A DNA stretch of 64,000 nucleotides from Candidatus Bathyarchaeota archaeon (GTDB lineage: Archaea > Thermoproteota > Bathyarchaeia > Bathyarchaeales > Bathycorpusculaceae), in assembly GCA_963707955.1 (NCBI GenBank), contig OY970176.1, positions 1,312,001 to 1,376,000 of the forward strand. The letters run 5' to 3'. The translations under genes were made by a program, and so were the position numbers. The notes beneath the pieces were generated by a model. That model ran no database searches. It saw only the letters and a list, made by a program, of their open reading frames with translations, and was not told where the DNA came from. Positions 31,365 to 41,135 of the stretch are shown here, piece after piece. Position 1 is the stretch's first letter. Each line of letters opens with the position of its first letter.

Positions 31365-31807
31365 CTGCCAGGAAGAGAAAGTGAGTCTATGGGTTTACGC
31401 TTCGACGCCACGGATGGAAGTTGGACCCTAACGCGCACGCTTGTTCCTAAATTCCTAGATTCTGTTCAAGGGAGAAGCATGGCGTTTTCAGATAGGGGGA
31501 TGGTTACTTTCACGGTTCGAGCTGGGTGCTCTCTCGCTCTCACGCCCTCCCCCCCGGGTATCCTATATGGTCCAAATATGGTTGAAGAGCAGAATGAGTA
31601 GCGCAAGCTGCTTCCCAAAAGAATTCAGGAACACGCTAGCGCGCTGTCTTATGAGAGATCGTTCTTCCTTCTAGCCAGGCATGATCACTTAGGACTTCCT
31701 TTTCGCTCCAGATTTGTCCTGTTGATTTTAAGAATTCCGAAGAGAAAAACAATAAGGCTACTATCAACCAAACAGTACTCTTAGAGTTGAAAAGTGAGGG
31801 CACTTGG

Positions 31808-32308
31808 ATGGATGAGTTAAAAGTTGTCTCTGCAAAGATTCCTGAAAACGTCTACGAGGAAATGCTATTGCGAGTGCCAGAAGGAGACCGCAGCAATTTC
31901 ATTCGAGACGCCATAATGGAAAAGCTGCAGAAAACGCCTAGACCAGACAGAGTGTTGGAGCTAAAAAACCGCGTAGACAAGATGGAGGAGGACTTGTCGG
32001 AGATCAGAAAATATCTGGCAGATCTAGAACTGCTCACTTATGAGCGGGGAACAACGAACCCTCATACGTTTGCCCTGGACGAGATTGACCACAAGATAGT
32101 TGATTACTTGTTGCATTACAAGGGCGCCACCACGCCTGAACTGGCAGAGTACTTGAAAACAAACAGGTGGCTCGTCCTCAACAGGCTGAGAAGAATGCAG
32201 AAGACTTCCAGAAAACAGCTTGGAAAACACATAATAGAATACTATCCTGGAGAAAAATCTGGGAAAAAGAAGGCCTGGTGGATAAACGAAGAACTAGTTG
32301 AAACGTAA
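31808..32308 (+). CDS. Ribbon-helix-helix + coiled-coil + wHTH DNA-binding protein
   Basis: KVVSAKIP...RSNFIRDAI (RHH); IVDYL...ATTPELAEYL (HTH). Confidence 0.7.
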   Translation: MDELKVVSAKIPENVYEEMLLRVPEGDRSNFIRDAIMEKLQKTPRPDRVLELKNRVDKMEEDLSEIRKYLADLELLTYERGTTNPHTFALDEIDHKIVDYLLHYKGATTPELAEYLKTNRWLVLNRLRRMQKTSRKQLGKHIIEYYPGEKSGKKKAWWINEELVET

Positions 32309-32356
32309 TCCGACATAGCAAGAATTAATTTCTTTCTACGCTTCACTGTATTCTGA

Positions 32357-32475
32357 GGGCCCGTAGCCCAGTCTGGATTAAGGCGTCGAATCAAGACAAA
32401 AGATGCGCAAGCCTCCGGGCACGACAGATGGAAGAAAACCGGAGAACAGGGGTTCAAATCCCCTCGGGCCCGCCA
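32357..32475 (+). tRNA. tRNA-Arg(CCG) with two introns (~29/30 and 37/38)
   Basis: Acceptor GGGCCCG/CGGGCCC-G-CCA; T arm AGGGG TTCAAAT CCCCT; anticodon loop CT-CCG-G; inserts at ~32389-32410 and ~32419-32436. Confidence 0.75.
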
Positions 32476-32477
32476 CC

Positions 32478-33038
32478 CTATCGATACTGTGCGAGCCTTT
32501 TCAACGCGCACTTTCCTAGATTATCTTCACCTATCTTGAAAGTCTCAGGCTCCTCCTTCTTCAGTATGGCTCTGAGAGCTTCAGAATCAAGCTCGCTAAC
32601 AAGTTTAGATATCTCTTTCTTCGCTGAGTCAACATGCCTTTGCAGTAACACCTTGTCCAAATACACGCGTCCAGCGAGAGAGCATATCTTATCCATCTTT
32701 ATGAACCATTCAATCTTTGAAGCTTCTGCTTTTATGTCGAAGGTTATCGGTCCGGCGACGCATGTTTCAGGTTTCACAGGATGAATGAGACACTTCTTCG
32801 TCTTCTTATCGTGAAACACACAGTACCCATCTGCGGCCAATCGTGGAAAAACGTATTCTGCCTCGACAAATGGCTTCTCGACGCTAATCTTTTTCGCTCT
32901 GAGATAAGCCTCTATGATTTTCCTGCGTTTGTCTGTCACCGGAGGCGTCGTCTCATGGCAACAGCTCCAACCGGTCCTGCATCGACTGCACGTATCGAAA
33001 AAATCGGTCTGCCTCTTGCTTTCAGTTCTTGAAGACAT
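32478..33038 (-). CDS. YkgJ-family cysteine-cluster protein
   Basis: CxxC....CC, CVF, CLIHPVKPETC..GP. Confidence 0.85.
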   Translation of the reverse strand: MSSRTESKRQTDFFDTCSRCRTGWSCCHETTPPVTDKRRKIIEAYLRAKKISVEKPFVEAEYVFPRLAADGYCVFHDKKTKKCLIHPVKPETCVAGPITFDIKAEASKIEWFIKMDKICSLAGRVYLDKVLLQRHVDSAKKEISKLVSELDSEALRAILKKEEPETFKIGEDNLGKCALKRLAQYR

Positions 33039-33316
33039 AGAGTTTCTCCGTCGCTGCCTTTCGGAAGTAGATTTGATTGTCAATAAGACTTTCTGCAAGT
33101 TTTGAATAAACATTGAGTATGGCTTCCCTGAAGTCTGCTTTCTGCCCTCTCACCTGGACCCTCTCCCGCACGATTTCTGACAAGTTCCCTTTTGTGACCC
33201 TTTTCTGTATTATTGACAGGTAATTCTTCTCCTCTTCAGACACATTTTCGAAAGCAATTTTCAAAAGAGACAGAGAGACTTCGCTCTGGCCCCAGTACTT
33301 CTAGGGTTTTGTACGT
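33022..33316 (-). pseudogene. Glutamate-cysteine ligase (GCS2) family remnant with large internal deletion
   Basis: N-terminal YKTLEVLGPE abuts a C-terminal ...EEKNYL.II.KR...GNLSE...YSKL..SL..N; no intact start; divergent from RimK-type genes. Confidence 0.55.
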
Positions 33317-33426
33317 AGGTTTCCGCCTGTGTTTAGTCGTTGGTCAAAATTTGATATAAACGGAGTAGTTAGTCTTAAATATAGCAGCTGCAATACGGAA
33401 CCTTTCAGTTACCTGGTGTCAAATGG

Positions 33427-34120
33427 GTGCTGGTCGTCTCTAACATCGACCTAACGACAGATCTGCCAACGATGAAGCCAGTCTGCGTTCCTCAAATCGT
33501 CGATAAAAGATTTTACTCTCAACCTCAACACAGACTACCGCTACTTGAAAACGGCCTACTACGTATCAATGCACGCAGAGGTTTTGGGCAATCCGGTGAT
33601 TCCTTCAACGGAAAGCATAATTGACGCCAGCAGAACGCCGATTTTACTGCTTAAAGCTTCAAAGGCTGGAATTCCTACTCTGCCCTATTTGATGGCAAGT
33701 TCTGTGAAACAAATAACATCTCAGTTCGCTTTTCCAGTTGTCGTCTTCGCGGTCAACCCGTTCTCCTACGAAGGCTACAAAACCGCTGGAAACAGAAGCG
33801 CCCTATACAGATCCGTTAAGAGTCTAAGCATGAACTACAAGTTCGCCGTTTGTGTGCAGCCGCTGAAGGGTGAGATGCTTTCGTTCAAATCTATCTTTGG
33901 AAAATGTGAGCATACGGCAGAAGTTGCAAAGATTTCGGAGAAGATCTATGAAACTTTCAAGATCCCCATGTGCAAACTTCACGTTCAAACCATTGAAGGC
34001 AAAGCCTACCTGTGTGGGCTTCAGCCTCTAAGAATTGAGGAGATTTTCCCATCTGATTTGGAAACGGTTTCGACAGAGGTTTTTCGGATGTCGAACAAGG
34101 GTGAACACCTAGTTGGCTAG
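33427..34120 (+). CDS. RimK-like ATP-grasp N-terminal (RLAN-type) protein (+1 frameshift at 33482)
   Basis: Removing T33482 gives MKPAAFLKSSIKDFTLNLNTDYRYLKTAYYVSMHAE..G..VIPS. Confidence 0.7.
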
Positions 34121-34991
34121 GATAGCCTGTTTCGTCGAGAAATACAACTTCTCTGATCTGAGGGAAACACGGGCCCTAGAAAATTTCAAGCGCACAGCAG
34201 AGGAAAAGGGACACGCGTTCGACTTCATGTTCAGAGAAGGCATCTCAGAAATCCCGAAGTACGACGCGGTTTTCATAAGGGCGACGACGGACCCTCTTTT
34301 CACGGCCTACGTGGTTTCGAAAACAGCGTGGGAGCTAGGTCTGAAGGTTGTCGACGACCCTGAATCGATACAGATCTGCGGGAACAAAATCCACCTGTAC
34401 GACCTTTTCGAAAAGCACAACATACCAACTATCCCAACACTCTTCCTGAACAAGAATGAGATGCATCACAAACGGTTCTTGGAGATCTTTGAAAACCTTG
34501 GAAAACCAGTAGTCGTGAAAGCGCCATACACGAGCTTCTCAAGATACGTGGAAAAAGTTGCCTGCGAAACAAGCTTCCGCGACGTGGCCAGAAGATTCTT
34601 CAGAAAATCCGACCTTCTCGCCGTCCAAACGTTCATGCCTACCTCTTTCGATTGGAGAGTCGGAGTCCTGAATCGCGAAGTCCTGTACGTGTGCAAGTAC
34701 ATGATGCCTAAGGGCAGATGGAAGCATGGTGCCAAACGCAGAGGAAAGCCAACCTTTGTCTGGGGCAGGACGTTCTCGCTTAGAAGAGAAAACGCGCCCA
34801 CAGCGCTTAAGGAACTGGCTTTAAAGGCTTGCGAAGTGATCGGACACGGACTCTACGGGGTGGACATCAAAGAAGCTGACGGCAAATACGTGGTAGTTGA
34901 GGTTAACGACAACCCGAGCATCTACGCCGGCTACGAAGACTGCAGAAACAAGGACCTGTACGGAAAAATCATAGACTATCTAGTTGACTAG
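34113..34991 (+). CDS. RimK-family ATP-grasp ligase
   Basis: FIRATT, DWRVGVL, LYGVDIK, EVNDNP. Confidence 0.88.
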   Translation: MARIACFVEKYNFSDLRETRALENFKRTAEEKGHAFDFMFREGISEIPKYDAVFIRATTDPLFTAYVVSKTAWELGLKVVDDPESIQICGNKIHLYDLFEKHNIPTIPTLFLNKNEMHHKRFLEIFENLGKPVVVKAPYTSFSRYVEKVACETSFRDVARRFFRKSDLLAVQTFMPTSFDWRVGVLNREVLYVCKYMMPKGRWKHGAKRRGKPTFVWGRTFSLRRENAPTALKELALKACEVIGHGLYGVDIKEADGKYVVVEVNDNPSIYAGYEDCRNKDLYGKIIDYLVD

Positions 34992-35072
34992 CCCTCGTTT
35001 CCATCAAAACATTCACTCAGGACGCGATTGTTTTATAAAAAGCTGAACTTACATGCATATTGAAGTGATACG

Positions 35073-36008
35073 ATGGTTCACGTTGCAGTTGCCGGAACAG
35101 GCCGTGTAGGCGGCCAAGTAGCTTTCACCCTGATCTTCGAAAGATACGTGACTCAACTGTCACTCGTTGACACTGCGCCAAGAGTTGCGGAGATGACGAA
35201 AGAAGAGATGCATCACGCAATCGCGAGCCACGGCTTTGACGTGGAGATCAACGTCTACGAAAACAGCAAGTCAGTTGAAGATGCAGACTTAATAGTCATA
35301 GCTGCTGGGTTTCCTAGAACGCCAGAAATGAGCAGAAGAGACCTGGCAGCAAAAAACGCGGCGGCTGTGCAGCAAACAGTAGCGGACACCGTTGACAACA
35401 ACCCTGACGCGTGGTACTTTGTGATAACCAACCCTGTTGACGCAATGACCACTCTGGCCAACAAAACCGCACGAGGCAAAAGGCCCATTATAGGAACGGG
35501 CACAAACCTTGAAACTTCAAGGTTCAGAACCATTCTATGCCGAGAACTGAAAGTCCCAATAGGCACCGTTGAAGCCTATACGGGCGGCGAACACGGAGAA
35601 GCAGCAGTCCTACTGTGGAGCACAGTCAAAATCAACGGGCTACAGTTAGACGAGTATTTGAAGAAAACGGGAAAGAAGCTTGACAGAGGAATCTGTGAGA
35701 ACTACGTGAAAGAGGTAAGCCGACAGGTCATAACTTTTCTGGGCGGAACAAGGTATGGCCCAGCAGGCTCTTTCATAGAAATAATCCGGGGAATTCTGCT
35801 GAACACGGGGAAAGTCATAAGCTACTCCAGGCCGACAAAGTTTGAGACGACGCCTGAGCTGGTTTACGTCACGGTGCCGGCACGAATCGCAAAGTCTCTT
35901 GGACCCGACCTGTGGGACCTGCTCGCTAAATCAGAGCAAGAAGCCATCAAAGAAGCTGCTGGAATAATCTACAAGACCTACTGCGAAGCTGTTGGAGGAA
36001 AGAGCTGA
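35073..36008 (+). CDS. mdh: LDH-like malate dehydrogenase
   Basis: GTGRVG, AGFPRTPEMSRRDL (Arg specificity residue), TNPVD, GEHG. Confidence 0.8.
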   Translation: MVHVAVAGTGRVGGQVAFTLIFERYVTQLSLVDTAPRVAEMTKEEMHHAIASHGFDVEINVYENSKSVEDADLIVIAAGFPRTPEMSRRDLAAKNAAAVQQTVADTVDNNPDAWYFVITNPVDAMTTLANKTARGKRPIIGTGTNLETSRFRTILCRELKVPIGTVEAYTGGEHGEAAVLLWSTVKINGLQLDEYLKKTGKKLDRGICENYVKEVSRQVITFLGGTRYGPAGSFIEIIRGILLNTGKVISYSRPTKFETTPELVYVTVPARIAKSLGPDLWDLLAKSEQEAIKEAAGIIYKTYCEAVGGKS

Positions 36009-36010
36009 CC

Positions 36011-36958
36011 TTGAGAGAAGCTGTTGAAGACTACGCTTTCTCTGAAAAAATGAGTGTTGACGAGCTTGTCTCGCAGATGGAAAAAGCCTGGGGGTTCACA
36101 GCTGGAAAGTTGGCCGTCGGCCTGAGGATCATGGAAAGGATGGTTGAAGACAAGAAATGTGTAAAATTCCTTTCCTTCACTGGAAACCTAGTGGCCACGG
36201 GAACAAGAGGCGCCCTCAAGGAGCTTGTGAAAAGAAAGCTCGTTGATGTTGTCGTCACGACCTGTGGAACCGTTGACCATGACGTGGCGAGGTGCTGGAA
36301 GAACTATTACAGAGGCTCGTTTCTTATGAGTGACGCAAGGCTTCATGGAGAAGAGATAAACCGATTAGGCAACGTTCTCGTCCCAAATGAAAGCTACGGC
36401 ATGATAATCGAAGAAAAGATGCGGCTCCTGCTTCAAAGCTTGTGGCAAAAAGGAATCAAAGAGTGCTCATCGGGCCAACTTTGCCGAGAAATAGGAAAGA
36501 GCATATGCAATGAGAGTTCCATCCTCTACTGGGCCGCAGAGAACAAGATACCCGTCTACGTGCCAGGCATCACAGACGGAGCCGTTGGATACCAAATGTG
36601 GCTTTTCTCACAGGACCATGACTTCAGACTCAACCCTTTAAAAGACTCTGGAGAGTTGAACGAGATTGTTTTTGAAGCGAAGAAAAGTGGCGCTTTGCTT
36701 GTAGGCGGTGGAATATCAAAGCACCACACGTTGTGGTGGAACCAGTTCAAAGGTGGTTTAGACTACGCGGTGTACATCAGCACCGCTGATGAATGGGACG
36801 GCAACCTATCCGGCGCCAGACCGCGAGAGGCAGTGTCGTGGGGAAAAATAAGCGAAAAAGCAAAGAAGACGATGATTGAAGGCGACGCTTCCCTGATTCT
36901 GCCGTTGATGGTGAGTGCACTCATAACAAGAATCGGAAAGGCTAGGAGACGCCGCTGA
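36011..36958 (+). CDS. dys: Deoxyhypusine synthase
   Basis: SFTGNL, INRLGN, TDG, GGGISKHH, EAVSWGK. Confidence 0.92.
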   Translation: MREAVEDYAFSEKMSVDELVSQMEKAWGFTAGKLAVGLRIMERMVEDKKCVKFLSFTGNLVATGTRGALKELVKRKLVDVVVTTCGTVDHDVARCWKNYYRGSFLMSDARLHGEEINRLGNVLVPNESYGMIIEEKMRLLLQSLWQKGIKECSSGQLCREIGKSICNESSILYWAAENKIPVYVPGITDGAVGYQMWLFSQDHDFRLNPLKDSGELNEIVFEAKKSGALLVGGGISKHHTLWWNQFKGGLDYAVYISTADEWDGNLSGARPREAVSWGKISEKAKKTMIEGDASLILPLMVSALITRIGKARRRR

Positions 36959-38003
36959 AGAGCCACGACATGTCTGGGGCTTTCCTCTTCGTCTTAACTC
37001 TCTCGCAAAGCGCATGCGTAATCAGAGGTAAGGCTATCGTCGCATCGCAGTAGCACACTGCCCTCTTTCCGCCCTCGTCGATTTTTCCCCAGCTTATCGC
37101 CTCTTCTAAGGTGCACCCTGACAAGCCGCCCCACTGAGGCGAGTCCGAAGTGATCTGAATCGCGTACTTGTGCGGGTAGTAGTACTCCTTCAGGCCTTTG
37201 CGAAGATGACCCCTCCTTCCTGGCACTCCTTCGTCCAATGTTTTAGGCGAGACAGATATGGCAATGAGCTGCGTGAAGTCTTTCGGCACGCCGCCGCCTA
37301 TGTAGACGACGCCGACTTCCTTGGTTTTCTCTCCTATTCCTACGAACTGGTCGAAATCCTTCACCTGGTCCAGCACGACCGGGTGTCCCGCGTTCTTTGC
37401 CATGATGAATGCTTCCCCGTAAGCACTATCAGTTATTGCTGGACAGAACACCGGAACCTTGTTCTCCGCCGCTGTAGCGGCTATGCTCTTCACTCCTTTC
37501 TTGCTCAAGTATTTGCCGAAAACGTAGAGAAGCTCCGCTGAAGTGTACACATAGTCCTTCTTCAACTTCATGAGGCCCTCAGTCATGAGTAACTCCATCT
37601 CGCGATAGTCCGTTTCTTTCCCGAAAACGTCGTAATACCTGTTCACATCAGCTTTCAGAAGCTCCTCATCATTAACATGTTGAGAACCTTGCCAATAACC
37701 GAAGCCCATGGCATCTACGATGTCCTCTGAGACGTTCGCACCTGTTGAAACAAGAACGTCAATGTAGCGGTTCTCTATCAGCCAGTTGACGATCTTCCAC
37801 TGGCCCGCAGTGCTCATCGAGCCCGCAAAACCCATTATGATCGTGAGCTCTTTTTCTTTCAGCATGGCTTCCCAAACGTCGACAGCTTCTCCAAGCTTTC
37901 TACCCTGATAGGCCGTCTTGCCCATCTCGGCCAGAAGCTGGGAAACACTCTTTTTGCCAACTTCAATGGACTGAACCTTCCTCTTGAAGTAAGATTCCTT
38001 CAT
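36942..38003 (-). CDS. Second deoxyhypusine synthase/homospermidine-synthase-like paralog
   Basis: STGAN, NRYYD, GGGVPKDF, GGLSGCT..EAISWGK. Confidence 0.85.
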   Translation of the reverse strand: MKESYFKRKVQSIEVGKKSVSQLLAEMGKTAYQGRKLGEAVDVWEAMLKEKELTIIMGFAGSMSTAGQWKIVNWLIENRYIDVLVSTGANVSEDIVDAMGFGYWQGSQHVNDEELLKADVNRYYDVFGKETDYREMELLMTEGLMKLKKDYVYTSAELLYVFGKYLSKKGVKSIAATAAENKVPVFCPAITDSAYGEAFIMAKNAGHPVVLDQVKDFDQFVGIGEKTKEVGVVYIGGGVPKDFTQLIAISVSPKTLDEGVPGRRGHLRKGLKEYYYPHKYAIQITSDSPQWGGLSGCTLEEAISWGKIDEGGKRAVCYCDATIALPLITHALCERVKTKRKAPDMSWLFSGVS

Positions 38004-38060
38004 AACAGCGCCCCACTTCAGATTATTCGGCCTGTATATGAAAGTTTCTTTTGAGAAAAG

Positions 38061-38192
38061 ATGGAGACTGACAGTGCGAAGGCAGCAGGTTGGATAAGAG
38101 CTTGTACTGACGCTGTGGTAATGATCGAGGCAGGAGCCAACAGCATAGGGACAAACTCGGCGACATCTGCGGTCAAACAGATATCAGCCTAG
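38061..38192 (+). pseudogene. deoC: C-terminal remnant of deoxyribose-phosphate aldolase
   Basis: AKAAGWIR...DAVVMIEAGANSIGTNS matches the DeoC pattern KAAGGIR...MIEAGA.RIGTS. Confidence 0.65.
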
Positions 38193-38196
38193 ACTT

Positions 38197-40161
38197 TCAC
38201 ATTCTTTCGGGGGCCAACACACCGATTAGGTTCAATGCGTTCCGAAGCACTATCTTAACAGAGTCAGTTAAAGCAAGTCGTGCATCGCTGAGCCCTCTAG
38301 GCTTTGCGTTTATCACTGGAAAGCGCGCGCGTGCGCTGTAGAAGGTGTTGAAAGTGTCTGCTAAGCTGTTTGCAAAGTCGGCGATGAGGTTGGGTTTGAG
38401 GTACTCCGTTGCCTCTACGAACGTGTCTGGGAAACTGGCCAACCTGATTATCATTTCGCGCTCCAGATCTTCTTTCAGTTGCTCGTACGCTGGCTCCGCA
38501 GGTTCCCTAGCTGCTTTTCGCAAGATGCTGCAGGCTCGTGCGTGCGTGTACTGAATGTAGGGTGCGCTGTTTCTTTCAAAATTGAGGACGCGGTCCCAAG
38601 TAAACATTACTGGTTTCGAAGTGTCAACCTCGACGAGCGCGTAGCGCACCGCACCTGTTCCTACGAAGTCCGCGATCTTCTGTTTTTCTCCGTTCGAAAG
38701 TTGTGGAGAGCGCTTCGAAACCTCTTCGTACGCTCGTTTTACAGCTTCGTCCAAGACTTCGTCAAGAGTGATGTAACGCCCCCTGCGACTGGACATCTTG
38801 TAGCCTGGAAAAGTGACCAAGTTGTAGGCGAAGTGAACCAGACTGTCCGCGTACTTGCCGTAACCCAGAGCGTGCAGGGCTATTTTCAGCTGCAGCTGAG
38901 CAAGGCTCTGTTCCATGCCTATGACGTTGATAACTTTCTCGGCTTTTTCAAACTTGAGCAACGTGTAGGCAACGTCCCGCGTTGTGTAGAGCGTCGTACC
39001 GTCAGCGCGCACGAGAGTCAAAGATGGAATATCATGGCCCTCCCTTAAGCCGAGCCGCTGCCAGAGACCAAGTTCTCTGACGACTTCTTCAGCTTCGAAT
39101 TCCAGAACCCCGCCTTCAGCGTGAGTGAACCGAGACTTCTTGAGTTGCCGCAGAACCTCTTCAACTCGTCCGCTCCACATCAGGTCGCTTTCCCAATCCC
39201 AAGAATCTAAGACAACACCGATCTTACCCAACGTTTCCCTGAAGCCTTCTAGACACAGTTCGCTGACCGTCCTGACGAGGGTCCTGGCCTTTTTGTCCGC
39301 CGCCTCATACGCCTGATTGAGGATTTTTATCGCAGTCTCTGGGTTTTCGTCCTCGCCGATTCTCGTCAACAGCGTTTCGAAAAGTTCAGGATACCTGTCC
39401 TTCAGGTCTGCGGCGACGGCAATCCAGTCGTCCAGTTCCTTCGTGATTTTCAGGATTTCTTCGTCCGCAGCTACAGTTTTTGCGCGCTCAAGGTCTCTTT
39501 TCAGGCGGTTGATTTCGACGAAACAGCTCGTAATAGTGTAAATTTTGCCGATGTACTCATCTGGTTTCTCGTCTGGCTTCGGCTTGCCCAGTTTCTCGTA
39601 CCCGTAGGCGATGACTGACGATTGACGGCCGACATCGTCGATGTAAAAGTGACGATGGACCGTGTGTCCCCGAGACGTGAGCAACCGGGCAATGGTGTCC
39701 CCGAGCACCGGGTTTCGAGCCGTCCCAACCGTTATGGGGTGAAGAGGGTTGGCGCTCGTGTGCTCCACGATGATTTTAAGGGGCTTTTCGGTCTTGATGA
39801 AGCCATAGTCTGCGTCAAGATTTCTCACAGAGCTCAGAGCTACCTTTGAAAATCTGGTGAAGTCAACGTGGAAGTTTACGTAGCCTCCGCCGGCTGATGA
39901 GACTTTTTCGACGAGACTGAATCGCGATTTATCAATGGCTTTGACCAGATGCTCCGCCAAGTCAAGTGGTTCTTGACTCACTTTTTTGGCGAGCTCAAAG
40001 CACAGTGAAGAAGCCAGCTGCCCGTACTCGGGGTTCGGCGGTTTTTCCAAGGCCAAGTCTGTGATTTGAACTTCGGGAAGGAGCTTACTCAAGGCGTAGG
40101 CTAGGCTGGTTTCGCATTCTGAACGGAAAGCAGCGAACGGGTTCTCGACGATCTTGGACAC
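38197..40161 (-). CDS. argS: Arginyl-tRNA synthetase
   Basis: EHTSANP.HP, RADGTTLY, MSSRRG, PYIQYTHAR, APERM. Confidence 0.95.
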   Translation of the reverse strand: MSKIVENPFAAFRSECETSLAYALSKLLPEVQITDLALEKPPNPEYGQLASSLCFELAKKVSQEPLDLAEHLVKAIDKSRFSLVEKVSSAGGGYVNFHVDFTRFSKVALSSVRNLDADYGFIKTEKPLKIIVEHTSANPLHPITVGTARNPVLGDTIARLLTSRGHTVHRHFYIDDVGRQSSVIAYGYEKLGKPKPDEKPDEYIGKIYTITSCFVEINRLKRDLERAKTVAADEEILKITKELDDWIAVAADLKDRYPELFETLLTRIGEDENPETAIKILNQAYEAADKKARTLVRTVSELCLEGFRETLGKIGVVLDSWDWESDLMWSGRVEEVLRQLKKSRFTHAEGGVLEFEAEEVVRELGLWQRLGLREGHDIPSLTLVRADGTTLYTTRDVAYTLLKFEKAEKVINVIGMEQSLAQLQLKIALHALGYGKYADSLVHFAYNLVTFPGYKMSSRRGRYITLDEVLDEAVKRAYEEVSKRSPQLSNGEKQKIADFVGTGAVRYALVEVDTSKPVMFTWDRVLNFERNSAPYIQYTHARACSILRKAAREPAEPAYEQLKEDLEREMIIRLASFPDTFVEATEYLKPNLIADFANSLADTFNTFYSARARFPVINAKPRGLSDARLALTDSVKIVLRNALNLIGVLAPERM

Positions 40162-40256
40162 TTGTCAATGGCTCCACAATTCTCTAAGCTTTTAAGAGGT
40201 GAAGTGATATTTTAACTTGAGAAACGATCGTCAATTCTTACATGGACGCATTTGGT

Positions 40257-41105
40257 ATGAAGACGAGAATAATCTTTTCAGAAAAGTGCTTGACGTACGG
40301 GTCCTGGCACACGGAAGGCCCAGAGAGGGTTCGAAAGGCTCACAGTATCCTGAAAGAGAAAGGCTACAGCTTCGTGACGCCCGAGCCCGCTGCAGAGGAA
40401 GATCTGCTGAAGGTTCATGATCACGAGTACCTCTGGATATTGAAGAAGGGGCTGGTTGAGGATGATGACACTCCGGCGTACGACAACATCTTCGAGCTCG
40501 CCAGGCTCTCAGCAGGCGGGGCAATCGTGGCTGCTAAGGTCAAAGGGTTCAGCATCATGCGTCCACCAGGCCATCATGCTGGGATAGGCGGCGCAGCGTT
40601 GGGCGCGGCCACGCGGGGGTTTTGCTACTTGAACAACGTTGCGATAGCTGTGAGGTATCTTGGTAAGCCCACTCTGATCTTGGACATTGACGGGCATCAC
40701 GGGAATGGAACGCAGGAAATCTTCTACGGAGACAGCATGGTCACGTATGTTTCTCTTCATCGGCATCCGAACTTTCCGGGAACAGGCACCGCCTCCGACA
40801 TGAACTGCCTCAACTTTCCACTTCCGCCTGAGTGTGGAGACACGGTTTATTTGAAGACTCTTGACAAGGCTTTGGGCACGGTGGACACGCGCAAGTTTGA
40901 AGCCGTGGCTGTTTCAGCAGGGTTTGACACTTACGCTGGAGACTTGGCTTCGCTTGGCTTGTCTGAGAAGGCGTACAGAGGGATTGGCGAAAGAATCGCG
41001 GCGTTGCAGAAGCCTACATTCTTCGTTTTGGAGGGCGGCTACTCAGGACAGCACGTTGGAACAGCCATAGACGAATTGTTAAGAGCCTACGAAGATGTCC
41101 GCTGA
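40257..41105 (+). CDS. Histone deacetylase/acetylpolyamine amidohydrolase family
   Basis: RPPGHHA, GFC, DIDGHHGNGTQ, SAGFD, LEGGY. Confidence 0.92.
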   Translation: MKTRIIFSEKCLTYGSWHTEGPERVRKAHSILKEKGYSFVTPEPAAEEDLLKVHDHEYLWILKKGLVEDDDTPAYDNIFELARLSAGGAIVAAKVKGFSIMRPPGHHAGIGGAALGAATRGFCYLNNVAIAVRYLGKPTLILDIDGHHGNGTQEIFYGDSMVTYVSLHRHPNFPGTGTASDMNCLNFPLPPECGDTVYLKTLDKALGTVDTRKFEAVAVSAGFDTYAGDLASLGLSEKAYRGIGERIAALQKPTFFVLEGGYSGQHVGTAIDELLRAYEDVR

Positions 41106-41135
41106 ACTCAAGTCTACGTGAAGGCCAGCATTCGT

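Noticed and set aside
31296-31601. ORFs 31296..31601 and 62328..62801 sharing YL.PNIHG.LKPRRGGIPS
   Set aside because: The similarity is confined to the 58-bp DNA repeat; the rest is unrelated and not protein-like.
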